A DNA stretch of 64,000 nucleotides from Azolla caroliniana (GCA_043228905.1 JBHGNT010000011.1:2356001-2420000), one strand, 5' to 3'; positions 24,591-39,077 are shown, counted from the first letter of the stretch. Notes: generated by a model from the sequence alone, not told the origin. Program-made: numbers and translations.

Positions 24591-25399
24591 GTCCCCCATA
24601 ATGTACGTTGTCGTGTGGTGCATGACACACGTGCCAAACATTGCGATGTGCGTGTCACACGTGCGCGAACAAGCATCGGGCCTCTATCCGCTAGTGGTTA
24701 TGGAGGATTGTCAAATGGTCAAGTTAATGAAAAGAAAATGATATGACCATATGAGTTGAGTACACTTGAGAAGAAGAAGAAGAAGAAGAAGAAGATGATG
24801 ATGATCTCACAAAGAAGAGGACAAGTGAAACCCTCAAAACCTCCAAGTTTCTTTTCTTGATAAGAAGAACTATACAAAATGAAGAAGGATATGCTTATTG
24901 CGATCCTACCAATCTTTGAGCCCCCCTTTCACAAGAAAAGAGGCCCTTTATATAGGGTCTCACATGCATTAAGAGCTTAAGATCATGACGCCACTTGTCT
25001 CTCAACATGTTTGTGTTCAAAAGTGGAAGGTTCACGCACAATCAGAAGGATACAGAATATTCCATTTGATTTCAGGGTTTTTTAAACTGTCTCACAAAAA
25101 ATGTGATGCCAATATCACATGTGCTCAAAGACTCAATGGAAAAGCTTAAAATATTACCCTATCATAAAATTGAAAATTCACAAAATTAGGCAAATGTCAT
25201 AAATTTATACCATGTTTTTTACTGTAAAATTAACAACTCATGTTTTTTATAACAAACAATATTCACAAGGAGCGATTAATTTAAAAACAATTAAGCTTTA
25301 TATCAATTGAGTTCTTACAAGCTTATATTGTTAACCATTCATGCCAAAAATACAATCAAGAGTTATTCCTCTCATAAGAATCACTACTATAGAGCCTAG

Positions 25400-25865
25400 T
25401 ATACAATGGTGACTCATCCTCCTCCTCATCAGATGTACCAATCAAAGCATTGTCTTCATCTAAAAGCAAATGTTGTGACTCCAAATCCTGTGTAGGAGAT
25501 CCGGTCCGCCTTGTAGACTTGGCAATTTCTCTTTTATTATGTCTATTGTTGGCTTCCTTAAATGTCTAGCTTTTGTGAGTGTAAAGTCGTACACAACGAT
25601 ATCCGCCTCTTTCATGTCAAGGGTTGATGTGTTACGAATATTTCTTTTTCGCTTTATATTTCCTCTTGACGTTGGGCATTCCATCATCTCTAATGTATAC
25701 TTGCCTGTAAATGCATTCTTGCTTTTAGTTTTGTACCAATGCACCTTTGTAGACTTTATCTGATTTTGGTTTTCATGCATCGCCACGTCCAATACTTTAC
25801 CAATCTAGAATTGGTGCACTAGGTCGTTGTCATATGTAGGTGTGGCAATTAACATCCCAACAAAG
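25400..25865 (-). pseudogene. Decayed ORF fragment, probably the C-terminal part of a DNA-transposon protein (family not identified)
   Basis: VGMLIAT...F*IGKVLDV...KVHWYKTKSKNAFTGKYTLE...IVVYDFTLTKARHLRK, followed by an acidic tail. Internal stop; sits among TEs. Confidence 0.35.
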
Positions 25866-26486
25866 TGCCGGTTAGGAAAGATGGTAGCGAATTAAGGCTA
25901 AGAGCCAGCCATCCGGCTAAGAGTTGAGTGTTGCGGCTAAGGCTAAGTACTGAATCGGCTCTAGCCAATTCGGTTAGGGACAATATGTAAATACATACAT
26001 ATGTATGTATAAAACCTAGGTGGGTGTATCAATGTGTTAGAGTCATTATTAGAGCTGAATAGAAGTACAAAGAAGTGTGTGAACGTTAAGGTGAAGAGAA
26101 GAAGAAGAAGGACCGTGGGTTGTGCAGGTCGAGCTTGTGTAGCAACCAACCCTTGAATCCGATCTGACAGGTCGACGACTCTACGCAAATCATGTGTTGT
26201 CGTTTCTCTCTTTCCCCTTGTTCTCTATGTATATTCCTCTACTAAGACGAAGGTCTGTTCAAGGTTGTGGCCTTGAGAGAACGACTATACCCCTAGTTGG
26301 CTAGGGAAGCCCAAAACACTTGTATACACTCTAACAATGAATATGTTTGGAGTCTGTGGCCTCCTATGGTTTTTTCCCATTTAGGGTTTCCACTTTAAAA
26401 CCTAGTGTCTATGTATTTTCTACTTTGTTGTTGTTTGTCATTCCTGCATGTTAGTCGGTTGTGTATGAGTTCATATTATCACATCA
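25866..26486 (+). mobile_element. Solo or truncated copia-type LTR
   Basis: TG...CA ends, TATAAAA near 26008, GG-T(n)-CCC...GGGTTTCCAC motif at 26366-26393. No TSD found. Confidence 0.55.
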
Positions 26487-26559
26487 GTTTGGTCACGTAC
26501 CAACCGTAGAAGGGAGCATCAAGTGGCCCGAGAACACTACATTGACATAGAGATTGTTG

Positions 26560-27698
26560 GAACTAGCCGTCAGGTGCGGAACAATCTTAACACTCTTTGA
26601 GTTGAAGATCTTTAGCGAGTACAAAGAAATAGATTGATACCAATAGATAGTTGAATCATAAGACAAGATCAACAATGGAACAAGGGAAGAGAGACAATAG
26701 AGTAGGCACAAGCAAGATGTAACTGTATTATTCTCAAAGAGTTACAATAGTACAATGTACAAAATGGACAACCTCTTTACACTAGGTTACAAGAGTCTGT
26801 TTAAATACCAACTGACTTAGAGCAACTACCCTTTCCACAATTTATTGAAATAGCCTAAATCTAGTGTGTTCAATGGGACAGTGTGAATACGGCCATTATA
26901 TACCCATATTCGACACTCCCCTGGAATGGGCGTATACAACAAATAATCTATAATAAAAGAAATGAGCAAGAAACACAGATTTATGCAAGGTTGTCAAACA
27001 AGTCGGCTTTGTTTGAGTTGGCAAAATTCAAGAACAGAAGACCAAGTTGGCCGGGGTCGGAAGAGTTGAAGTCAAGCCTCGAACTATTGATTTTGATTGT
27101 CCAAAACCATCCTGAATGTCTAACTCAATGGGGCCAATTCTTTGTTACGCCCATCTGGTGCCGAAGGGATCAGAATCGATCCGTCGAAAGAAACTTGGTC
27201 ATCTCATCTACGACATTATTGCCTGTAGGTATCTTCTTGATGCCGATTTTCCCTGAAATGATGCAATCTCAAACAAAGTGATATCTCACATCAATGTGCT
27301 TCGAGGATTTGTGCTGAACCGAATTTTTCGACAAAGCAACAACACCCTGACTTTCACTGTAGACAACTGAAGCTAAGTCGGAGTCGACTTGTCAAAATGT
27401 GTGTGCCAGCCGACCGAGCCATAAGGCCTCTTTCGCCGTGTCGGACAGAACTATGTATTTGGCCTCGATCGTTGATGTAGTAGTGCACTCCTGGAGTTTC
27501 GACTTCCACGGAATTGCTCCGTTGACAAATTTGAAGCAGTATCTGGTTGTTGACTTTCGAATGTCCATGCAATTGGCAAAGTTTGAGTCGGTATAACCGA
27601 CTATGCCTGAAATATTGTTTGGCCTGAATAAGATGCCATAGTCTTTTGTGCCCACTAGGTATCAGAACACCTGCTTTACTGCGTTCCAATGCGATCAG
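26560..27698 (-). mobile_element. Copia 3' remnant (RT end/RNase H) with PPT and LTR fragment
   Basis: HWNAVKQVF.YLVGTKDYGILF, GYTDSNFA..RKSTT.YCF, WKSKLQECT..ST.EA.Y, KHIDVRYHF; LTR start at 26915, PPT at 26916-26921. Linkage of the LTR to this RNase H is assumed. Confidence 0.65.
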
Positions 27699-27939
27699 TG
27701 TTAGCCGGTTGGCTACAGGGTCGGGAAGTCAGAATCGAACAAGTGTGAAATGGTCAGAGTCGATGGTGTTCAAAAGTATAGAAGAGTTGGAGTCGGATCG
27801 ACATAGCAGATTGATGAGTCAACAATATTCATTTGCCAAGTAGAAAAATATATATTAGAATTAGTTAAACCGTTTTGTGTTAGTTCTTGCCGAACATAGG
27901 CAGGTGTAATCTTGGAAAGAGACTCTCGGTGTTACCTAT

Positions 27940-30900
27940 TGTAAAGAATCAATGGTGATTCTTGTGCAACGAAATAGATATGTGTGTGTGTGTGAAAAAT
28001 AGAGGAGAGAAGAGAACACAAGATAGATAAGCAAGAGAAATCAAATACTCAAGAAGAAGGTGTATATTTCACAAATAGAATGGAGATACAAAATTTCGAC
28101 TTAGTATGTGTTGGGAAATCGGTCCCTTCGGATGGGATTCGGTTATGGATGAAGAGTACGCGATGAGAATTAGAAGAGATCCGGAAACCGGATCGGATGG
28201 ACCCGGTGAGAACCAGAAGAGAAGACATACTAGTAAATATGTTTTGAACAAGCCTATTGAGGCTATATTTGTAAATAACCCTAATTTCATATAAGTATAA
28301 ATATGACTTAGGGCAATCACTTTATGAGGGTTGTAACCATATTGTTGTATGTGTATAACTATGGCATAGAGCGAGTGACATAGAGAGAGAGAGAGAGAGA
28401 GAGAAGGAGATACAGAACGATTTCTGTTGTAACCGCCGCCTGGCGAAGAAATAGAGCTCGAGGTCGTTGCCTCCGAGTCTCTGATTGCACCTTTCTCATA
28501 TAGTGATAGTTCGGAACCTGTGGGCTCCCGTGGTTTTTCCCTTATTAGGGTTTTCCACGTAAATATCTTGTGTACTCTCTATTGCTCGTGTGTGTATGAG
28601 TATTTATCTCTATTCCCATTTTTGTGTTTGATTCTAAATGAAGTGATTCAAGACTTGGTTGTGGCCAAGCAATATTCCGTGCAATTCTCGTCAAACTAGT
28701 ATCCGAGCGAACAACACATGAAATGGAAGAATCGTTCGGCGGCATGTTCAAGCTCACCGGCTCCAACTACCCAGTGTGGAAGTTGAAGATGAGGGATATG
28801 CTATTGGTTAAAGATCTTTGGTTGCTGGTTTAGTTCGGGGACAAGAGACCGGATAAGATCGACGCCATAGTGTGGGAGGTGATGCACATGAAGACGACGG
28901 CATACATCCGGTGCTTCATTGACATGAACCTATACAACAACTTCAATGAAGAAAGTAAGGCTCATGAACTCTGGGAGAAGATCGACATCATGTTCCAGAA
29001 CAAGAATGTCGTTAATCGGGTTTAGGTATTCCGAAAGCTAGTGAGGCTCCAGTACCAGGACGGCTCCAGTATGGCGGAGCACATGAATGTCTTCCAGGGG
29101 CTAATACACCAAGCAACCTTGTTGGAAGTACCTCTCGCTGATGAGGTAATTGCATTACTCCTACTTGGTTCCCTCCCGAATAGTTGGGAGACACTAGTTG
29201 TCATGTTGGGAAACGCCGGGCCGGAAGGAAAGTAGTTGTCCCTAACAAGGGTAAAATCAAGCTTGCTAGATGAAGAAGCACGCCGGAAGGACCGGGAGTC
29301 CGGAACCGATCCGAAGGCCTTGGTCACGGAAGATGACCACAACTGGGGAAGAGGCTGGTATCGGAGTCCCCAAAACTGGGACATGTCGGGGACAAGGTCG
29401 AAGTCAAGGGGGAGGCCTACTTGCTTCTATTATGCGAAGCCAGGGCACTTCTAGAAGAACTGTCAGCATTTCCGGAAAGAGAAAGAAACCGACATCACCG
29501 ATTTGAAGAAGATTTCGGACCGGAGAGGCCCGGATCAGAAAGGAACTTCGGCGATCGCGACAAGTAAAGAAGAACTGATGCTCATTACCGAGGAGAATGA
29601 GTTAAACCTTGTCAGTGACGAGACAACGTGGGTTGTCGATTTCGGAGCGTCGTTCCACCTGACACCGTATCAGAAATGCTTCTCATCCTACACAACCGGC
29701 GATCATGGTTGTGTCCGGATGGGGAATGAAGGTACATGCCGAATTATCGGCATAGGAGATGTGTTGTGGACGACATCAACCAGTTGCAAGTTGTTGTTGA
29801 AGGATGTCTGACACATTCCGGAGGTTCGACTGAACTTGATATCAGCCGATCGGCTAGATGATGAAGGCTACACGGGTAGCATCCGGAATGGAGTCATTAA
29901 GTTCTGCAAAGGGAGCCTAATAGTGGCTCGAGCCCGGAAGGTCAACACACATTGTACTTGATGAATGCCCAGATATGCCGGGAAGAAGTGAACGTAGCAT
30001 CCGACACTGCCAGTGGGCTGTGGCACAAGAGATTGTGTCACATGATCCAAAAGGGGATGAGAAGACTTGCCAAAGACAACCTCATTCCGGAGGTGAAAGA
30101 CATGTTCCTTGAGAAGTGCACCGATTGCTTGGCCGACAAGCAAAACCGAACCTCTTTCCAGTCAAGACCACCGATGAGACGGAATGCACCACTGGAGCTG
30201 GTGCATACCGATGTGTGTCAAGTGGACACGAAGTCATATGCCAGAGCACAGTACTTCGTGACGTTCATAGATGACCACAACCGGAAGTTGTGGGTCTCAC
30301 CATTCAAGACGAAGGATCAAGTGTTATTCGTCTTCAAGGAGCTCCACGCGAGAGTGGAAAGAGAAACCGGCCGGAAGCTGAAGGCGGTTCGAGCAGATAA
30401 CGGAGGAGAATACCGGGGGCAGTTCGAGGAGTACTACCGGTCCAAGGGATTCCGACTCGAATTTACTGTGCCGAAGACACCAGAACTAAACGGGCTGGCC
30501 GAACGGATGAATTGGACCGTCATGGAGAGAGTTCAGAGCATGTTGGCACATGCAAAATTACCCAAGACGTTTTGGGCTAAGGCGTTGATGACGGCGACCT
30601 ATGTGATAAACATATCACCCTCAACACCCTTGGAAGGAGACTCACTGCAAAAAGTATGGATCAGTAAAGATGTATCTCACTGGCATCTAAAGGTGTTCGG
30701 ATCTCTTGCTTACGTGCATTTGGCGAAGGATAAGAGCGCAAAGTTGGATCTGAAGTCTGGGCCATGCATATTCCTTGGATACGACGATGATGAGTTCAGT
30801 TACCGGGTGTGGGATCTGGTCGACAAGAAGGTGTTCCAGAGTCGGGACATAGTCTTCATGGAAGACAAGACCATTGCCGATTGGGAATCCGAGAAGAAGA

Positions 30901-33900
30901 TGATGAACTCCGGATCATCCAATGAAAAACGGTTTGAGGACACAAGGACCTACCCGGTTGAAAACCAGATGTTGGCCGGCAACCAGAGGAAACTCGACAA
31001 ACTGGCCGGATACAGACAAGAAACCAAACCGGCCGGATATGGACAAGAAACCAAACCGACCGAAGAAAGGGAGATCAACATGCATCAACCGGAAGGATTT
31101 GAGAAGAAAGGGAAGGAGCACTTGGTGTGCCGGATGAAGAAGAGCTTATACGGACTGAAGCAAGCTCCCCGACAATGGTACCGGAAGTTCAACTCCTTCA
31201 TGACCGACCAAGGGTACCACAAAATGCAAGCCGATCACTATGTGTTTGTGAAGAAATTTGACGGAGGAGATTTATTGATACTTCTCCTAAATGTGGATGA
31301 TATGTTGATCGTCGAACGAGATCAAGGCAAGATTCGGATGCTAAAGAAGGCTCTGAACCAGACTTTCTCAATGAAAGACTTGGGTCTGGCAAGATAGATA
31401 TTGGGAATTCACATCATCCGGGACCAGTTGAAGAAGCTATTGTGGTTGTCACAGGAGAAGTACGTGACAAAGGTGCTTCAACGGTTCAACATGTCAGAGG
31501 TGAAACCGGTCGGATCGACACTTTCAACAAACTGCAAGCTATCCGGAAAACAAAGTCCGAGGACAAAGGCAGAGAAGACGGATATGATGAAGATACCATA
31601 TGCCTATGCCGTCGGAAGCTTGATGATGTGATGGTATGTACCCAACTGGATATCGGATATGCAGTCGGAGTGGTAAGCCGGTTCATGAGCAATCCCGGAA
31701 AAGAGCACTAGAACATGGTCAAGTGGATACTCCGGTATTCGAAAGGCACCTCAAGTATGTGCCTCCGGTTCAGCTCCGGTAATCCCCAACTTGATGTATT
31801 CATGGATTTGGATATGTTGGCTGATGTGGATACTATCCAGTCTACATCTGGATATGTCATGGCTTATGCAAGGGGGGCTGTTTCGTGGCAGTCGAGGCTG
31901 CAGAAGACGGTTGTGTTGTCAACCACGGAGGCGGAGTACATGGCAGTTGTAGAAGCCAACAAGGAGATAATCTGGATGAAGGAATTCATCGAAGAGCTAG
32001 GAATCCAACTGGAGGAATGTCGGCTCTATTGCGATAGTCAAAGTGCCATCCACCTTGCAAAGAACGCGGCCTACCATTCCCAGACGAAACATATCCAGCG
32101 GAGGTACCACTGGATCCGGGAGAGAGTAGAAGATCAAGAGTTCGTGCTGACGAAGATTCACATGAAGGAGAACGAGTCAGATATGTTGACCAAGGTGTTG
32201 ACAACAGACAAGCTGGACGCGTGCCGAAAGCGGATCGGGCTGGCGAGACATCCCATGCCGGAGTGAAGGTGGAGATTGTTGGGAAATTGGTCCCTCTGGA
32301 TGGGATCCAGTTATGGATGAAGAGTACCCGGTGAGAATTGGAAGAGATTCGGAAATCAAATTGGATGGACCCGGAGAGAACCGGAAGAGATCCGGAAACC
32401 GGATTGGATGGACCCGGTGAGAACCGGAAGAGAAGACATACTTGTAAATATGTTTTAAACAAGCCTATTGAGGCTATATTTGTAAATAGCCCTAAGTTCA
32501 TATAAGTATAAATATGACTTAGGGCAATCACTTTATGAGGGTTGTAACCATATTGTTGTATATGTATAATTGTGGCATAGAGTGAGTGATAGAGAGAGAG
32601 AGAGACAGAGAGACAAAGAAGGAGATATAGAATGGTTTCTGTTGTAACCACTGCCTGGCGAAGAAACAGAGCTCGAGGCCGTTGCCTCCGAGTCTCTAAT
32701 TGTACCTTTCTCATATAGTGATAGTTTGGAGCTTGTGGGCTGCAGTGGTTTTTCCCTTATTAGAGTTTTCCACGTAAACATCCTGTGTACTCTCTATTGC
32801 TCGTGTGTGTATGAGTATTTATCTCCCATTTTTGTGTTTGATTCTAAACGAAGTGATTCAAGACTTGGTTGTGGCCGAGCAATATTCCGCGCTATTCTCG
32901 TCAGTATGAAGTATGAGGAGGGTGATTTATATAGAGTCACCCTCTCTCTTCATTAACTAACTACAACAACCACTCTCTCTCTTGGGGAATGTGAAGACTT
33001 ATAGTCATGGGGAATATGTAACTAATTAGTTATGTGTCATAGAATAAGATTCTATGACACATAGTTAATGTGTAGAGAGTAGTGGTGTGACTCTTGACCT
33101 TTGAGTAATCATAGATTCTCAAAAGGTGTGTTCACACATTGCACTATGTTGAGCTTGATTCTCAACACGCTCCCTCAAGCGCAACTCTAGTCGGTTCCTT
33201 TTGATTGATGTCCGCTTCGGCTAGTATCTGGTTCGGACGATATTCGGTGTTCACTTTGGCTCGTACCCAGTTCGGATGGTATCTGGTTCTCTCTTGTAGT
33301 CCCCTCAAGCTTGGCAAGTCAGGGATCGTCAATCCAAGGTCTGACATGAATTGTCGAAGTTTGTCGGCTCCTAGGGCCTTGGTGAAGATGTCGGCTGTCT
33401 GAAGATTCATGTTGATGTGTAGAAGATCGACATCTCCGTCCTGAACACACTCTTGAATGAAGTGATAGTGCACTTCGATATGCTTTGTGCGTGCGTGGAA
33501 CACCGGGTTCAGAGCCATATATATATTGCTCATGTTATTGCAGTAAATGGGAGTTGGATCCTTGATGGGGATGCCCAGATCCTTCAAAATCCTCTTGAGC
33601 CATACGGCCTCACATGCAACTACGGTTGCACCCCTGTATTCGGCCTCTGTACTCAAAACTGCGACGGTATTGCTCTACTACCGAGCGAGAAGAAAAATCC
33701 GGAGGTCGATCGTCGATCACCTCTGTAGTCGGCCCAGTCAGCATCTATGTACCCTTCGAGTCGAATTGGTGTGGCCGATGTGTAGAGGATGTTGTAATCA
33801 ATTGTGCCACTCACATATCGTAATACTCGCTTAGCACAATCGAGATGAATATCACGCGGAGTTTGCATGAATTGGCTAAGAAGGAAGAATGAATAGCTAA

Positions 33901-36900
33901 GGTCGGGTCGAGTGATCGTGAGATAGATGAGGCTCCCGATCAGTTGATGATATTGGGTCGGCTTTCACTCGTCTGTACCAGAGTCAACATCTAGTTTGAG
34001 GTTTCGATCGAGAGGAGTAGCGACCGATTTGCACTCAGTCATCCCAAACTTGTATAGTAAGTTGAGGATGTAGTGCCGTTAAGAGATCATAATGCTAGTC
34101 GGAATCCGAATTACTTTGATGCCAAGGAAGTAATGGAGCTCCTTCATGTCCGTCATCTCGAATTTTCAAGAGAGGAGGGACTTGACCTTGTTGATGTCGA
34201 CTAGACTTTCACCTCCAATGATCAGATCATCCACGTATAGGATGATGACAATTAGGCTTCTAGAGTCGTGTCGTACATAGAGGGAGTTCTCGGATTTCGG
34301 CATTCGAAAGCCGATTTGATGAAGATATTGTGTAATCTTCAAATGCCAAGCACGCGGTGCTTGCTTGAGGCCGTAGAGTGGATTCTTGAGTCGGCACATG
34401 ACTTTCGGATGAGTACACGATTCGAAGTTTGGTGGTTGTACCATGTACACCTCCTCTTCTAATTCGCCTTGAAGAAAGGCGTTGTTGACATCCATTTGAT
34501 GGAGGTGCCACCCTTTTGCCGCTACAAGTGCGATCACAGTCTGCACCGTCATCATCTTTGCCACTGGGGCTAAGGTCTCTTCATAGTCGACTCCATGTGT
34601 TTGTGCATATCCTTTCGCTACGAGTCGAGCTTTCTAGCAGGCATTATACTTCACCTTGTAGGTCCATCTGCAGCCAATTGCCTTCTTGTGCGGTGAGTGG
34701 GGAATGAGATCCCATGTCTCATTCTTGCGTAGTGCACACATCTCCTCGTTCATTGCTTCGATCCATCGTGGGTCCTTCACGGCTTTGGAAAAGGTTTTCG
34801 GCTCCCATAATGTTGCCCCCTTCATCATAAATGCGTAATGGTACGCCATGTACTCATCGTCGCCGAGTCGGCTTACGGGGTTCTTTTCACGGGTGGATCG
34901 GCAGAGCTTCTCGTTTGTGGATTCTAAGGCTTTCTTCACTCCATTTGTCCGGATGTCCAGGCCTTCGAACTCACTATCGAGGGAGTGAGTCGATTCGGTG
35001 CCGTTGAAATGATCGTCTTCATACTCCGGCATTTTCGCCTTCCCTTTGTCCAGCTTTGGAGTTGGCCGAGAAGTGCTTTGATCACTCGGGGGCTCTTGTG
35101 GCCCACTAAGCCTTGTCGTAATTGGACTTTCTTCGAACATGCACGTGAGCCGATCTTCGGCTTCTATCTCTATTTCGGCGAAATCCAGGTCGAGCGGAAT
35201 CGAAGTCGAAGTTGTCTCTGGTGCGTACCAAGATGCGAACTCGTCGAAAACGACGTCTCGTCTTACTCAAGATTTTCGAGTTGTGGGGTTATAGCACTTG
35301 TACCCCTTTTGCTCCAATGAGTATCCTACAAGGATACATTTCTCCAACTTTGAGTCGAGCTTTTGTCTCTTCTCGTTGGGGACGTGCACGTATGCAATGG
35401 AGCCGAATATTCGAACATGCGATAGGTCCAACTTCTTTCCGAAAAACTTCTCGTGCAGAGTAAGTTCGTGCACCGATTCATGAGGTATACAGCCGTGTTA
35501 ACCTCTTCTGCCTAGTATGACTTCGGCACGTGCTTTTTGTTCATCATGGCCCATGCTACTTCGAGGATGTGCCGATTCTTTCGTTCGGCCACTCCGTTTT
35601 GTTGTGGCATATGTCAACACGAAAACTCTCGCCGAATTCCTTCTTTCCGTAGATACGCCGTAAACTCATCCAAGAAATATTCCTTGCCTCCATCCGATCG
35701 AAGGCACTATACGTGTCGACTCGTAGCTTTTTCGACTCCACTCTTGAATTTTTCGAAGTGTCCGAACACTTCACTCTTTTGCCGCATCAGGTAGATCCAA
35801 GTGTGCCTAGAGACGTCGTCGATACAGGTCACGTAGTATTGCCATCCGTTGAATCTCACCATTTGAGCCAATCCCCATACATTGGAATGAATTACGTTGA
35901 GTACGCCTTTGCTTACATTCCTCTCCTTCGAAAATGGATGCCGATGTTGCTTGCCAAATTGGCAAGCCGCACATATGCCTTCAATCTCTCTCTCTCTTTG
36001 AAGGTCGGGAGTCTGATGACGACTCCTTTCGATTGCATTTCCTTGAGCTTTTGAAGGTTGATATGGCTTATCCGCTTGTGCCATAACCCTATGTCAAACT
36101 TGGCTTTCGTGCCTTTTGCGAACATGGCCAATTTCATCTCGTGCGAGTCGAGAATGAACATTCGACCCTCTCTTCGTCTGTGCGCGATGAGCCGACTCTC
36201 TTTTTCGATGAAGCAACCGCCTTGGTTAAGTCGAACTTGCATTCCTTGCTCTACAATTTGGCCAACGGAGACCAAATTCTTCGTGATAGTTGGTACATGC
36301 AAGACCTTTTTAATGTAAGTTTGCTTACCTTCTTCTATGAACGGAACATTGCTGATGTGCCGAATCGGATGCATAGTGTCGTCTCCGGTTTCGACATAGC
36401 GGGGTCATTCCGATTCCCGAAGTTCTCGGAACCATTCTTGATGAGATGTCATATGGTTCGAGGCACCGGAATCGACGAAACATACGTCTTCCGGACTGGA
36501 GGCACTAGTAGAAGTAGAGGCAGACATAGAATTGGTTCTATGTCTTATTACGAATAATCCACCGTAGTCGGCATACTCGGAGTCAGCGGCGTAATTGGTG
36601 AGTTGTCGACTAGTGGAAGCCGACTCACGCATCTTCTTTCGACACTCTTCTTCGCGGTGGCCGACTTTGCCGCAATATCCGCATCCGATTGAGGTTTGTC
36701 AGCTTGAACCGGAATGGTGGCTCCCCCTTCTTCCGAAGGTTCCTCGATGGCCTCCATCTTGTTGCCGTAATTGAGAGTTGTTTTCATAAATCGGGCCTCG
36801 TCCTCCTCGTCCTTGGTCGAATCGGCCTCTTCTTGCACGACTGTGTCCTCTTCCTCCGTCCAAATGCGTGTAGAGCATGGGGCCTTCCGAGGCATTGCTC

Positions 36901-37698
36901 CTTGTTCGTACATGATTTTCTTCGACCAACAACATGGATTGAAGATCGAAGAAGGAGGGTAGACTCTCTCGTGCTAGTATGGCGGTCCGCATCGCGCCGA
37001 ACAGTGGTGCAAGGCCACCGAGACATATTTGCACCATTTCGTCATCCTCCACATTGACGCTTATCGAGCAGAGTGCATCACAAACCTCCTTGATCTTCAA
37101 GGTATAGCTTGTAATGGACATATCCCGTTGTTGGATGTTGTTCAACTCTTGACGGAGTTGAAGCTTTCTCGCGGTCATGTTGGTGGCGAAAATCTTTCGT
37201 AGATTCTCCCACGCTTCCTTCGGCGTCTCGACTACTCGAATGTAGCCGAGCATGTGGCCGTGAACACATGTCGCCAAGCAATACATCACTTGGCTTGCCG
37301 CTTTCTCCCAAGTTGCATAGTTGACGTCTTTCGGGTCAGGTCGGTTTTCTTGTGCTCCCTTGATGTAACTCCAATAGCCTTGGCCGACAAGGTATTGGTG
37401 CATCTTGTACTCCCAAGATGCAAAGTTATTGCGATCCAACTTCTCGCTAGGGAGATCGCTCCCCATTTGAGTATTCATTGTCAATTAAGCTTCCTTTATT
37501 CTTTTCCTTCTCTCTTGAACACGAGCTATGTAGTGGTACTACGATAACCATGAGTCGGTTCTTCTTGAACGTCGGCGTAGAGCACAACACATGATTACAA
37601 TGAGGCGAATGGGCTAGATCGAGCTACCCAATCGCTCTGATACCATGTAAAGAATCGATGGTGATTCTTGTGCAGTAGAATAGATATGTGTGTTATGT

Positions 37699-37754
<56 letters not shown>

Positions 37755-38142
37755 GAGGAGAGAAGAGAACACAAGATAGATAAGCAAGAAAAATAAAATA
37801 CTCAAGAAGAAGATGTATATTTCACAAATAGAATGGAGATACAAAATTGTAGCATTACAAGGAGTCACAACCAACTTAGTATGAAGTATGAGGAGGGTGC
37901 TTTATATAGAGTCACCCTCTCTCTTCATTAACTAACTAAAACAACCACTCTCTCTCTTGGGGAATGTGAAGACTCATAGTCATGGGGAATATGTAACTCA
38001 TTAGTTATGTGTCATAGAATATGATTCTATGACACATAGTTAATGTGTAGAGAGTATTGGTGTGACTCTTGACCTTTGAGTAATCATAGATTCTCAAAAG
38101 GTGTGTTCACACGTTGCACTATATTGAGCTTGATTCTCAACA
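27940..38142 (-). mobile_element. Full-length degenerate Ale/Retrofit-like copia (element A1); its 3' LTR is interrupted by T2
   Basis: 5' LTR 37646-38142; 3' LTR 27940-28108 + 32904-33167; TSD CCTAT (27935-27939 / 38143-38147); PBS iMet at 37634-37645 abutting the LTR. Frameshifted gag, PR (FVDSGASNH), INT, RT and RH ending ...PSLRG. Confidence 0.93.
28109..32903 (+). mobile_element. Tork-type copia (element T2), degenerate, with an internal deletion of the RT N-terminus
   Basis: LTRs 28109-28693 and 32277-32903; TSD GTATG (28104-28108 / 32904-32908); decayed PBS TAGTATCCGAGC. The ORF jumps from the INT-RT linker (KPTEER) to EINMHQPEG near 31070. Confidence 0.95.
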
Positions 38143-38928
38143 CCTATAAAAGAGGAATCGAGAACATTATAAAGCTATTGTTCTATTTTGGTATTAATAT
38201 AAGTTATTAGTTTGAGTAATTCCGTGTCAACAATATCTCTGTGCATTGTTATTCTCAATGTCGATTCATGGTTTCCTATGCTTAATAAGTAATTATATTA
38301 AGACCAATTAGTTGATCAAGGTTGCTCGAATAGCAAGTACTATCTACTGACTAGTTCTTCTATCCCTCCTACCACAATTATCTTGATAGAATGTTCAGAT
38401 TGGAATGTTCGACCTATTGTGTTGGCTATGTACAATAATAGAGTGTCGGCCAAACAACATAATAATTTTGGCATGCCCGATTACATCTGGAATAGGCAAA
38501 GAACAAGGTGAAATGGATGTCGTCTAGTCCAAAAACACCTGTCAACCGAAAACATCATCGCACACAAGTAGAGACTCAACATGTAGCAGAAGGTAGTGCT
38601 AAAAATTTCGAACAAGTTGATCGGGAGTGGAGTAGAATCCCGGATTTAACAGGTAATCATTCAGATGAGGAGCAGTCTGAGCAAGGTTCCTTTTACGACA
38701 TTTGGGGAGACGACAATATGTCGTACCCTTACTTGAAATACAGAGATGACGTTGATGCGGAAGCGCATATAAGAGATTTTCTGACCACATTGGAAATGAA
38801 CCATGTAGCACAACGACTGTCGGCAACAACCGAGGAAAAATAAAAAATCATTGAGTTCGTCCTATCATTGGATGGTCCATCGGCAAATTGGTATGCCCAA
38901 ATAGGCCAAAAGAGTTCGACTCGTTCGC

Positions 38929-39077
38929 TGTCGAAACCGTTGTCAGGGTAGTTGTGGTTCGTGCGGCGAAGTCGCGGGGACTAAGGTTAAGGGGAGTTGA
39001 AGGAACTTAACTTTTAATAAGGCTTGTATGGTGATGATAGAATGGTTAAGGATAGTAAGAAGAAGAGTTACGAGTAA

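Larger units (their letters stand above)
27699..38928 (+). mobile_element. 5' part of a Ty3/Gypsy element (LTR 27699-27939 + 38143-38456, PBS, gag fragment), interrupted by the element at 27940-38142
   Basis: Removing the insert restores CCTATAAAAG (TATA). LTR ends GGCCAAACA; PBS TGGCATGCCCG at 38469-38479 resembles a tRNA-Arg PBS; gag-like YPYLKYRDDVDAEAHIRDFL...LSLDGPSANWY. Confidence 0.65.
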
